Assembly (NCBI GenBank): GCA_963810275.1
Contig: CAWENF010000007.1
Span: forward strand, 1-26,999
DNA: 26,999 nt
Source: an uncultured archaeon
GTDB taxonomy: Archaea > Thermoproteota > Bathyarchaeia > Bathyarchaeales > Bathycorpusculaceae
Direction: 5' to 3'
Both the position numbers and the translations under genes were made by a program. Shown in pieces: positions 10,801-19,418 of this stretch. Every line of letters starts with the position of its first letter. Position 1 is the first letter of the stretch. The notes below the pieces were generated by a model that was given only the letters and a program-made list of their open reading frames with translations, ran no database searches and was not told the origin of the DNA.

Positions 10801-12183
10801 TTCCTCCTCATTAATGCATTGAATGCGGTCGTCTGGGAGGCTGCCAATGACGTTGGAGACCAAGACTGGTTCGCCTCGATAGCGCGTGCAGCTCACTTTA
10901 GCGCTGAGCAATGAAACTACGTCGAGCATGTAGTCCCATTCTATAAAGAGGTAGATTCGGATTAAGCCGTTGGGGTTGTAGGTTAAGGCGGAGTCTATGC
11001 CTGCGCCGGGGCTGTCCTCGGGAAGGCTACCGTAGCCAGTTCCTGTGAGCCAGGGCATCCAGCGGCTTCTACTTGCATATTGGCTGCCCGGTCGGATACC
11101 TCCGAGCATGTACTGAGCGCGTTCCACCATCCAATCCAGTTTAGCACCGATGACTGGGTCGGCTGAGAGTTCGTTTACTTTGGTCGGGTCTTTGGAGGGC
11201 AAGATTTTGAAGTCGTAGGGTCGCAAACTTGTTGCATCTGCCACGGCTTTTATTTTAGCGAGGTCTTCAAGATAACGGATGCCATAATGTCCAAATGCTT
11301 TTTGTTCGCCTCTGCTGAGATTTAATAGAGAGATGGATTCTTTTTCGACAGCACACACTATGCAGCATTCGTTGAAGCCACAGTTGTCACAGCGCCAATT
11401 AAGCTGGTATTCTACGTCGTCGATGTCGGTTTGGTGGATGCGGTTAAGCTCTCCGTTTTTAGCAAGTAACCGTTGTACGTCTTGAATTAGAGGACTGAGC
11501 TTGAATTTTGGCATCTTATCGGGGTCAAGGCTTTCAAGGTTGGTTTCACGGTTAATGACGCCGCCCTCAACTTCTACCTTTGACGCCAAGTTGCCAAGGT
11601 CTTTCTGGAGGAGCAACACATAGATAGCAACTTGGATACGGTGAGCAGTCTGCTCCTTCCATGACGATTTCAACTCAAAAATCCGCACCCGCACCTTACC
11701 GTCTTTAAGCGGGTAAACAGCAATCAAATCGGAGATGCCCTTCACTTCCCATACCCCAATGTGCCCTTTCATGGGCACCTGATAGAGCAGAATCGGGCGC
11801 TGGTCGGCTTTTTCGTCTTGTAAGAGTTGGTGTGAGATGATGTAGTGAAGGTTGTTCATGGAGTCAACGGCTTTTTCCCAGCCTTTATGGTACTTGGTGG
11901 GATCGTAAATCGTGAAATCAACGTATTCGGCTGCTTTGGCTTTTAACTCCTCCACTTTCGTCTCTTCCAACGCTTTGCCGGTGCCGTAGAGCAGGGGGCT
12001 GATGGGTTTGAAAGCTTCTTTCCAGGTGCGTTTGCGAACTTCTTTCCCTTCGAATTTAAGTTTAAAGAAGCGGGGGCAGCAGTTGAAGCGTATGTACTCG
12101 GCAATGCCTGACGCTGTCAATCCGTAAGCACTGTCCTTTTCGTGCTCCTCAAAGATGTCCTTATCTAAGTCGCCGTCACTCAA
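7842..12183 (-). CDS. Fe-S RecB/Cas4-like nuclease fused to a Dna2/Upf1-type SF1B helicase (TM0106-like architecture), ~1446 aa, one +1 frameshift near 10788
   Basis: N-part: TASGIAEY...CCPR, GISD...FELKSS...HRIQVAIY, CDNCGFNECC. C-part: QGPPGTGKT, APTHKAI, VDEAS, GDHRQLPP, SHRCH, IITPHNAQ, TVERYQGGEAD, RINVAVSR. The two frames join as EKLLT/DFFKDLS. TTG start with a GGAGG RBS. Confidence 0.85.
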
Positions 12184-12609
12184 TCCGCCGCCCTCCCTTT
12201 GCCGTTTTTTGATAATCCTCTTTACTTGGTGGAGCTTATTTTATTTAGCGTTAATTCTGGGCTACCGTTTACTCAATCCAAAAAAGCACCCGACACTAAA
12301 TAGGTTAGGAGCGAAGCGAAAAACGCCAATCCAGAAATGACTGAATGAAAAACTAAGCGGCAAACAGACTACCTACGATGGATTCTCCAAAGCCTAAAAG
12401 CAGAAGAAACCTAAACAAATCTCCTTAGATTATGTTCCGCAGACTATGCAGAGTCGGCTGATAAAATTCCGTCGATTAAAAGCATGCCGGCGAGAGTTGA
12501 CATAGATGTAGCCACAAAAACGCAGGCGACAATACTGACAGAAATAGAGGATACCCTTAGAAAAAGAGCAGATGAGCCGAAGAGACAGCTACTAACCGAG
12601 CGGGCAGGA

Positions 12610-12744
12610 TTACTTTTTCTTGCCTTTAGCGGGAAGCTGCGAGATCTGTTCTTTCTTTTTTGCTTCTTTTTCACGTTTAGCTTTTTTTTCTTGTTCCTTG
12701 CGGGTGTTAATGTTTTTTCTTTTCATTGTGCCCATTTTAGCCAT
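12610..12744 (-). CDS. Small Lys/Arg-rich basic protein (44 aa), below the ORF-track cutoff
   Basis: My translation: MAKMGTMKRKNINTRKEQEKKAKREKEAKKKEQISQLPAKGKKK*. TATA-like cttaaat on the minus strand near 12790-12796. Confidence 0.55.
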   Translation of the reverse strand: MAKMGTMKRKNINTRKEQEKKAKREKEAKKKEQISQLPAKGKKK

Positions 12745-12908
12745 CTCAAATAGGGAAAGATAATCCTTCGCATTCTAAAACGTTATCCCATTTAAGCACT
12801 AAAAAATCAAATAACCTGTAAGCTTTAGAGATTTTTTTCAACGTGTAAATAGAAAAAGTTTAGAAACCCTTATCAAAAAAGTTATCATACTTTCTTTCAG
12901 GTGTCAAA

Positions 12909-13067
12909 TTGCCGACAAAGACTCTTTTATGCGGATGCATCTACGAAGAAAACGAATGGATGCTAATCAGAGTTAAAGAATGCAAAAAGCACTATAAAGA
13001 GCGACATAAAAAAGTTGAATACCGCCCCAAGGCTGAATGCAACCGAAACGACACCCGAGGCGAATAA
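12909..13067 (+). CDS. Small putative Zn-binding protein (52 aa, CGC-x14-C-x2-H)
   Basis: TTG start preceded by an AGGTG RBS and a BRE/TATA-like gaaacccttatcaaa at about 12863-12877. Translation MPTKTLLCGCIYEENEWMLIRVKECKKHYKERHKKVEYRPKAECNRNDTRGE*. Confidence 0.5.
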   Translation: MPTKTLLCGCIYEENEWMLIRVKECKKHYKERHKKVEYRPKAECNRNDTRGE

Positions 13068-13088
13068 AAAAACAGATTTTTAATAAAC

Positions 13089-14225
13089 TCAAACGGGAGA
13101 CTGTTGCCCGTTGTTTTTATTGTGCAACTCACCCAACCGCAAAATAGTCTCCTTATACACTTCAATAGCTTTTAGGTACTCTTCGATTTCAATATGCTCA
13201 TCGAGCGTGTGGTCAAGATGCGAATCCCCCGGCCCATAAGTCACAATAGGCAAATTCATGTGTGTCCCCAAAATGTTCATGTCGCCTGTACCCGTCTTGT
13301 GCAACAACGTAGCAGGTTTGCCGAGCACTTTACGCACAGATGAAGCCATAACATGCACCAGTGGAGAGGACTTAGTGACTTCAAACGGCTCCACCGTATC
13401 CATCACCTGATGCTTCACAACAATTTTCGGGTTAGCTTCCTGATATTTAGTTATGATTTTTGAAAGCTGCTCATTGACTACAGATGTACTAAACTGGATG
13501 GGGATGCGTATGTCAAGGTTCATTTCCACCTCAAAAGGAATCACCGAGGTAGCTTCGCCGCCGACGAGTCGGACAAGGCAGGCAGTAACGGCTTTGTATG
13601 GACTAACCGAGGGGTCAAGCGACGGATACGAGGACTGAGAGCGAATTAACTCCCATAACCCATAAGCTTTCTCCAGTGCGTTATCGTAGAACCATGGTGT
13701 GGATGCGTGTCCGGTTTCGGTTGTTATGTTAACTTTAAGCTGGATTTGACCTTTGTAGCCGATACAGACGTTTTCGGCTCCGCTGGGTTCACCGAAAATT
13801 GCATAGTCAGCTTTGATGCCCTGAGTTATGAGATGGCGAACACCTTTGCTTGTGGCTTCTTCTTCAACCACGCTTGCGACTAAAACTTTTCCTTTGAAGC
13901 GGGGGTCTTTGCTGGCTTCCAAAGCAGCCATCACCATCGCCGCCAAGGGACCTTTAGCGTCAACTGCTCCACGGGCGTATATTTTGCCTTCCTCAATACG
14001 CAGCGGCATGTGACCAGCAACGGTGTCCATATGGCCGCATAGCAGAATCACTGGTTCACCATCGCCCACAACTCCGATTACGTTGCCTATGGCGTCTGTG
14101 CCGACTTCGAAACCAAATTTGGCCATGCGTTGTGCTATAAAACTAGCTATATTCTTCTCTTCACCACTGGGGCTGTATATGCCCAGCAGATTAGTTAGAA
14201 ACCGTACGGCTACTTGCTCGCTCAA
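13089..14225 (-). CDS. lysK: [LysW]-lysine/[LysW]-ornithine hydrolase (M20 family)
   Basis: YSPSGEE, LCGHMDTV, RGAVDAKG, VEEE, GEPS, GTGDMN, YGPGDSHLDHT. Last gene of the lysW operon. Likely TTG start at 14225, overlapping the end of lysJ. Confidence 0.92.
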   Translation of the reverse strand: MSEQVAVRFLTNLLGIYSPSGEEKNIASFIAQRMAKFGFEVGTDAIGNVIGVVGDGEPVILLCGHMDTVAGHMPLRIEEGKIYARGAVDAKGPLAAMVMAALEASKDPRFKGKVLVASVVEEEATSKGVRHLITQGIKADYAIFGEPSGAENVCIGYKGQIQLKVNITTETGHASTPWFYDNALEKAYGLWELIRSQSSYPSLDPSVSPYKAVTACLVRLVGGEATSVIPFEVEMNLDIRIPIQFSTSVVNEQLSKIITKYQEANPKIVVKHQVMDTVEPFEVTKSSPLVHVMASSVRKVLGKPATLLHKTGTGDMNILGTHMNLPIVTYGPGDSHLDHTLDEHIEIEEYLKAIEVYKETILRLGELHNKNNGQQSPV

Positions 14226-15405
14226 TCTCTTCTTCCTCCAATACTTCATCAAGAACTGTTATGGCGCGGTCAATCTGTACCTTGTTAATAACCAAAGGCG
14301 GCAATATGCGCACGACTGTTCTGCCTGCGTCGATTAATAGAACGCCTTTTTGCAGTGTCTTTTTGATTACGCCGTAAACGTCAAACCGTAACTCCATGCC
14401 AAGCATTAAGCCTAAGCCGCGGACTTCTTTTACGATTTTGTGTTTTTCCGCCAATTGTTGCAGTTGCTGCTTGAAGTATCGTCCGTTTGAGGCGGCTTTC
14501 TCCGGGATTTTTTCTTCTACGATTGCGTCGACGGCGGCGCATCCTGCGGCGCAAACAAGGGGGCTTCCACTGAAAGTGGTCGAGTGCTCACCGATTTTAA
14601 AAGTTGACATTAGGGCTTCTTTGGCAACTGTGATGCCGATGGGTAAGCCTCCTGCAAAGGGCTTTGCAAGGCACATAATGTCCGGGGTTACTCCCCAGTT
14701 TTCTTGCCCGAACAGTTTACCTGTTCGACCGAAACTCGTTTGCACTTCGTCAAACATCAAGAGCACATTGCGGCGGTTGCAGATTTCCCGCACTTCCTGA
14801 AGGTAACCGTCTGGTGGCACACGGATGCCACCTTCACCACGGATAGGTTCGAGCAGAACTGCGGCGGTTTTATCGGAGATCGCTTCGCCTATTTTCTGGG
14901 AGTTATCTGGTGCGACGTGTTTAACGTCTGGGATAAGTGGCATAAAGGGTTCACGGTACTTTTTGTCCCAAGTCGCCGAGAGTGCACCCATGGTTTTGCC
15001 GTGATAACCGCCCATTACAGCGATGATTTCGGTTTTGCCGGTGGCTTTTCGTGCAAGTTTAAGGGCGCACTCGACGCTTTCGGCTCCGCTGTTTGAGAAA
15101 AACATTTTGTCTAAGCCGTGGGGCATGATGTTAATGAGTTTCTGGGTGTATTCGGCGCGTTTGTCATTGTAGTAGCAGCCGTGGAGCGTGATGAGTTGTT
15201 CTACCTGCATCTTAATCGCTTCGACGACTTTTGGATGGCAGTGCCCGAGTGCGGCGACGCCGTAGCTGCTTGCGCAATCCACATATTCCTTGCCGTCACT
15301 ATCCCACAGAAGTGAACCTTTACCATTGGTGAAGACCACAGGCTTTTTGCTAAACACGTTAGCTAAGTAGCGGTTCTCAATATCCATTATTTCTTGGTCA
15401 TTCAC
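14191..15405 (-). CDS. lysJ: [LysW]-aminoadipate semialdehyde/glutamate semialdehyde aminotransferase (class III PLP)
   Basis: NSGAESVECALKLAR, YHGKTMGALS, EPIRGEGG, FDEVQTSFGRTG, LAKPFAGG; operon context. Confidence 0.92.
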   Translation of the reverse strand: MNDQEIMDIENRYLANVFSKKPVVFTNGKGSLLWDSDGKEYVDCASSYGVAALGHCHPKVVEAIKMQVEQLITLHGCYYNDKRAEYTQKLINIMPHGLDKMFFSNSGAESVECALKLARKATGKTEIIAVMGGYHGKTMGALSATWDKKYREPFMPLIPDVKHVAPDNSQKIGEAISDKTAAVLLEPIRGEGGIRVPPDGYLQEVREICNRRNVLLMFDEVQTSFGRTGKLFGQENWGVTPDIMCLAKPFAGGLPIGITVAKEALMSTFKIGEHSTTFSGSPLVCAAGCAAVDAIVEEKIPEKAASNGRYFKQQLQQLAEKHKIVKEVRGLGLMLGMELRFDVYGVIKKTLQKGVLLIDAGRTVVRILPPLVINKVQIDRAITVLDEVLEEEEIERASSRTVSN

Positions 15406-16207
15406 TGGTTATCACGGTCCCGCATTGATGATTTAATACTGATGTTATGGGTTGACAGGAAGTACCAGAGGTGACTAGAACTTCTTTGACGCCTTGATTG
15501 AGCGCTTCTAAGCCTGCATGAACTTTAGTGCTCATGCCTCCACCGATTTTGGATAGAATCTCTTTGACTTCGGTTGTTGCGATTTTAGGCACCCGTTCAC
15601 CCTTGAGCATCAAGCCTTCCACATCGGTTAACATGATGAGTTTGTCGGCTTTTAATGCGCCTGCGACAACTGCGGCTGTGCGGTCACCGTCCACGTTTAG
15701 CGGCTCCCAGTCTTGGCTCAAAGCGATCGGGGTGACGACAGGTAAGTAGCCTTTATCAAGCAACAGATTGAGCAAATCAGTTTTTACTTGGGTGATTTTG
15801 CCTGTGTATCCACCGTCTATGACTTTTTTTCGTCCCCGCTCATCCACCACGATTAGACGTGTTTTGCGTTCGGCTTTGAGAATGGCGGCATCAAGCCCAC
15901 TTAACCCCACGGCAGATATACCCGCAGCTTCCAAAGCAAGTACAATTTGCTTGTTCATTTTGCCCGCCATAACCATCGTGTAGATTTCGATGGTTTCTTT
16001 GTCGGTGTAGCGGCTACGAAAGCCCTCGGGGGACATTATGAATTTCTGTTCCTTGCCCAACTTTGAGGCGATTTCGGTGACTTCCGCTCCTCCACCATGA
16101 ACAAGGACAACTTTGTGTTGTTTGGCAACTTCTTTGAGGTCCTCTAATAGGCTGCTGGATGCACCTTCCTTGAGAATCGACCCGCCCATTTTGATTACGA
16201 GCAACAT
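15398..16207 (-). CDS. lysZ: [LysW]-aminoadipate/[LysW]-glutamate kinase
   Basis: VIKMGGS, VHGGG, SPEGFRSRYTD, GGYTGKI, NVDGDRTAA, GGGMSTK. Confidence 0.93.
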   Translation of the reverse strand: MLLVIKMGGSILKEGASSSLLEDLKEVAKQHKVVLVHGGGAEVTEIASKLGKEQKFIMSPEGFRSRYTDKETIEIYTMVMAGKMNKQIVLALEAAGISAVGLSGLDAAILKAERKTRLIVVDERGRKKVIDGGYTGKITQVKTDLLNLLLDKGYLPVVTPIALSQDWEPLNVDGDRTAAVVAGALKADKLIMLTDVEGLMLKGERVPKIATTEVKEILSKIGGGMSTKVHAGLEALNQGVKEVLVTSGTSCQPITSVLNHQCGTVITSE

Positions 16208-16216
16208 AGCAGTCAC

Positions 16217-17266
16217 CTATATGGGGTGGAACCCAGTGCTCTTGAGGCCTGAAGTTTCGTCTATTCCCATCATTATGTTTAGGCATTGTACGCCTTGCCC
16301 TGCGGCGCCCTTCACCATGTTGTCTAATGCACTGAACATTATAAGACGGTTGGCATGTTCGTCGATTTCAAATCCGACATCGCAGAAGTTAGTGCCCATG
16401 GTGATTTTTGGGTCTGGTAACTGATAGGGTCCTTTGAGGTATTTTACGAGTCGAATGAAGGGTTCGTTGCTGTACATGCCGCGCAGTGCTTTCCAGAGGT
16501 CTTTGTTTTGGATGGGCTCTTTTGGGAAGGTGTGAATGGTTGCGAGTATGCCGCGTATTATGTTAACTGCATGTGGTGTGAATGAGATTTTGACTTGCCC
16601 GCCGAGTGGTGCGAGTTCCTGTTCGACTTCAGCTATATGGCGGTGTCCTACAACCTTGTAGGGGCGTACACCTCCAGCTCGTTCTGGGTGGTGTCCAGCA
16701 AGTGTTGGTTTGCTGCCGCCTCCTGAAGAACCTACTTTTAAGTCAACGACTACATGGTCGGTGTCAATTAAACCTGCCTTAACTATCGGAGCCAAGCCTA
16801 AAATGGCGGCTGTTGCTTCGCATCCGGGACATGCAACAAGATTGGCGTCTTTGATTTCTTCACGATGAAGCTCTGGCAAGCCGTAGGCGGCTTTTTTTAG
16901 CATTTCTGGATGAGCGTGTTCCCAGCCGTAGTAGGTTGGGTAGTCAGCAGGATTCTTTAGTCGGAAGTCGGCGCTCATGTCAATAACCTTCAGCCCAGCC
17001 TCAAGCAGTTTAGGAACCAAGTTCACACTGCCACCGTGTGGAGTCGCAGTGAAAACTAAGTCACAGTTTTCCTTTAGTTCATCCATGCTTTGGGGGACAA
17101 ATTTGAGTTGGGTCATGCCTCTGAGGTTAGGGTGCATATTGAAGACGTATTCTCCTGCGCTCTGCCGAGACGTAACCATAGTTACTTCTACTTCGGGGTG
17201 CATCAGTAAGATTCGCAGTAGTTCGCTTCCAACGTATCCTGAACCGCCGATTATTCCAATTCGCAT
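16217..17266 (-). CDS. lysY: [LysW]-aminoadipyl/glutamyl-phosphate reductase (ArgC family)
   Basis: GGSGYVGSELLR, DMSADFRL, ACPGC (catalytic Cys), GSSGGG, HPER, HRHIAEVEQEL, DNMVKGAAGQ. Confidence 0.93.
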   Translation of the reverse strand: MRIGIIGGSGYVGSELLRILLMHPEVEVTMVTSRQSAGEYVFNMHPNLRGMTQLKFVPQSMDELKENCDLVFTATPHGGSVNLVPKLLEAGLKVIDMSADFRLKNPADYPTYYGWEHAHPEMLKKAAYGLPELHREEIKDANLVACPGCEATAAILGLAPIVKAGLIDTDHVVVDLKVGSSGGGSKPTLAGHHPERAGGVRPYKVVGHRHIAEVEQELAPLGGQVKISFTPHAVNIIRGILATIHTFPKEPIQNKDLWKALRGMYSNEPFIRLVKYLKGPYQLPDPKITMGTNFCDVGFEIDEHANRLIMFSALDNMVKGAAGQGVQCLNIMMGIDETSGLKSTGFHPI

Positions 17267-17302
17267 CTTCTTTTTTCTCCTTTGCCTTATGTTATAGATT
17301 AC

Positions 17303-18481
17303 CTAGATTAGGCTGGTTGCCATCTTGAGCAGTGGTTCTGCAACGTTTAAACCAGTTGCAAGGCGAGTGTTCTCCCAGAACTCAGGGCAACTGTTAGATT
17401 CATGGAAAACCAGCTCCCCTTGATTTTCCTCTACGCTTTTTTCAATAATATCTGTAACGCTCTGGTAAGCGGGGTTTTCCTTGTAAGTTTTGAAGACAGC
17501 TTCCAGTTTGCTGGTCCATGTGGGGAAGTCTGTGAGGCGAGTTTCGTCCTGTTTGACTTGCTGCACGTGCACCCAAGCCTGGGTCGCTAAATCTAACTTC
17601 TGTTTGACCGTGGCATCGTCGGGGTTTTTGTTGTTTCCGACATTGACCATCGCGTCTAGCGCGAATATGTAGGCATCGGTGTCTTTGCCAAGGGTTTCGC
17701 CACATTTTATCGCCAACTCCCGGATTTTCTGTGGGAGCTTAGCGTGAAACACAAGGTTACCAAGGAAGGTGTTGGTGCGGAAATCTTTAGAGCCCGCTCG
17801 TGCCATCGCTGTATGGTAACAAACGGGGCTTTTGCCTTTTTCTTTGTAAACGATGACGCGGAGGTCGTAGAACCATTTTTTAATAAGCTGCTGAGCTACC
17901 ACACCAACAGGGTTAATTATACCTACTTTTGTTTCTTTGATATTTGCTTCTAGTTCATCGCGGTTTTTGGATAGCATAATCATTTTGCCATGCGTGCCTG
18001 CGTCGGCTTTAACCACGATGCCCTCATTCAGCGGAAGGTTCTGGGTAAAGAGGTCGGCGATGTCTTTTTCGTTGTGTATTTCTTTGCCGTTTTTCATGAC
18101 GTCAACTGCATCACAGGGTACAAACACGGTTTTTGGAATAGGGACACCCGCCTGACTGAGCTGGATCAGGGTGCGAAGTTTGCTGTAGCAGACAAACTCT
18201 GCTTGGCTTGTGTTAAGGGTTTTTTTGCCCAGCGCTTCCATGATGTAGGATGCTTGGAGGCGACGATTTTTGCTTTGCGCCCGATTCAACACAGCTTTGA
18301 CGTCGTTTAGGAGGGGTGTGTAGTCTTTGCCTTTGGTTTTAGCTGAAAAGGCATCCTGGCTTAGGGACAGGGCGATTTTTCGGAAGGGAATAAACGCCAA
18401 GTCGATTCCAAGTTGTTTGGCGGTGAGTTTGATGCCGTTTTCATCGTTTTCGGAGCGCTCATAGAGAAGTGCAATGCTCAA
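17303..18481 (-). CDS. lysX: Atypical LysX/ArgX-family ATP-grasp LysW ligase (392 aa, large insertion)
   Basis: Lies between lysW and lysY. Motifs VLNRAQS, CYSK, GVPIPKT, VVK..GTHG, DLRV, FRTNT.LG, ALD...HESNSCPEF. Confidence 0.8.
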   Translation of the reverse strand: MSIALLYERSENDENGIKLTAKQLGIDLAFIPFRKIALSLSQDAFSAKTKGKDYTPLLNDVKAVLNRAQSKNRRLQASYIMEALGKKTLNTSQAEFVCYSKLRTLIQLSQAGVPIPKTVFVPCDAVDVMKNGKEIHNEKDIADLFTQNLPLNEGIVVKADAGTHGKMIMLSKNRDELEANIKETKVGIINPVGVVAQQLIKKWFYDLRVIVYKEKGKSPVCYHTAMARAGSKDFRTNTFLGNLVFHAKLPQKIRELAIKCGETLGKDTDAYIFALDAMVNVGNNKNPDDATVKQKLDLATQAWVHVQQVKQDETRLTDFPTWTSKLEAVFKTYKENPAYQSVTDIIEKSVEENQGELVFHESNSCPEFWENTRLATGLNVAEPLLKMATSLI

Positions 18482-18561
18482 CGCCAGATGCCTCCGTAAA
18501 GAAGTTTGTGTCCTTAAAAGGGTGGTTTAACAAAAGTTAAAGATTTAATGGTGGATACTGT

Positions 18562-18750
18562 TTATTCGCCCCAGTCTTCGCCTTCAATTGTTAATTCTTG
18601 AAGGTCTACGCATCCGCCTTTAACCTGTTTAACTTCGAGTTCGAGACCGCAGCCGGGGCAGCTTAGGATTTCGCCTTTCTCTGTATCTTCTGGAACGTCA
18701 AGGTCTGCTTCGCAGTCTGGACATTTCGCCTTCAATTCTTGTTTTATCAT
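18562..18750 (-). CDS. lysW: Amino-group carrier protein LysW
   Basis: CPDC...CPGCG Zn ribbon, acidic sequence, diagnostic C-terminal EDWGE. Confidence 0.97.
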   Translation of the reverse strand: MIKQELKAKCPDCEADLDVPEDTEKGEILSCPGCGLELEVKQVKGGCVDLQELTIEGEDWGE

Positions 18751-18807
18751 TTTTTATTCGTCACTTTATTTTTTTATTGGAAACGTCCAAGTGATTATTT
18801 CGGGAAC

Positions 18808-18837
18808 CTTTTAAACATTGTGACTTATTTGTTACAA
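18808..18837. promoter_or_regulatory. lysW promoter TATA box plus an adjacent palindromic candidate operator
   Basis: Minus-strand TTTAAAAG at 18808-18815; imperfect inverted repeat TTGTGAC-ttattt-GTTACAA at 18818-18837. Confidence 0.4.
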
Positions 18838-19001
18838 GATGAGTTTTATATGTCCCATTTGATGCACCCGATTCAAGTGACCAAATAAAAAAGGAAAACG
18901 TACCCCATCCGCCCCACAACAACGAAATCCGCATTTTTCAATACAGCAAAAGTATGGAAAGCGTTAAATTTGATTATGTCAAATACCACTGGGCATTCGG
19001 T

Positions 19002-19412
19002 ATGGACGATAAAGATAAACAGATCATAAAAACACTCAAAAACGACGGCCGAGCAGGCTACGCCGACATAGGCAGCAAAATCGGCCTCTCTGAAGGCGCA
19101 GTGCGTAAACGGATCAAAACCTTAACCGACGACGGCGTAATTCGCAAGTTCACCGTTAAAGTCGGCATCACCGAGGGTGCACAAGCTATTACGCTTTTGG
19201 CAACCACTCCAGCTTTCCCCACTGTAGAGGTTTCTAAGAAAATTCAGCAGTTCCCTAACGTGGAAACCATCTACGAGGTTACAGGTGAATACGACATAGT
19301 AGCTGTGATTACAGGCATGAACGTCACTGAAGTCAACGAGTGTATAGAGAAAATCCGTCGCGTAGACGGCATAATGAAAACCAACACCATGATAGTGTTG
19401 CGTAACTGGTAG
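19002..19412 (+). CDS. lysM: Lrp/AsnC-family transcriptional regulator (LysM-like), divergent from lysW
   Basis: MDDKDKQII..L..DGR..Y..IG..IGLSEGAVRKRIK.L HTH and RAM domain (YEVTGEYDIV). The BRE/TATA-like gaaagcgttaaatt at about 18957-18970 favours a leaderless start at 19002. Confidence 0.85.
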   Translation: MDDKDKQIIKTLKNDGRAGYADIGSKIGLSEGAVRKRIKTLTDDGVIRKFTVKVGITEGAQAITLLATTPAFPTVEVSKKIQQFPNVETIYEVTGEYDIVAVITGMNVTEVNECIEKIRRVDGIMKTNTMIVLRNW

Positions 19413-19418
19413 CAGCCG

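Noticed and set aside
10594-12183. Cas4-like nuclease as evidence of a CRISPR-Cas locus
   Set aside because: No repeat-spacer array or other cas genes are visible, and the domain is fused to a helicase.
12444-12753. Track ORFs 12444-12674 (-), 12484-12753 (+) and 12155-12340 (+)
   Set aside because: These are shadow frames without motifs; the 44-aa ORF at 12610-12744 has better start context.
17420-17641. LysX insertion as an intein
   Set aside because: It is too short, has no N-terminal Cys/Ser block or terminal His-Asn, and looks helical.
2704-18310. Numerous antisense ORFs in the track overlapping hom, lysC, the helicase and the lys genes
   Set aside because: They lie opposite well-supported genes and have no recognisable motifs.
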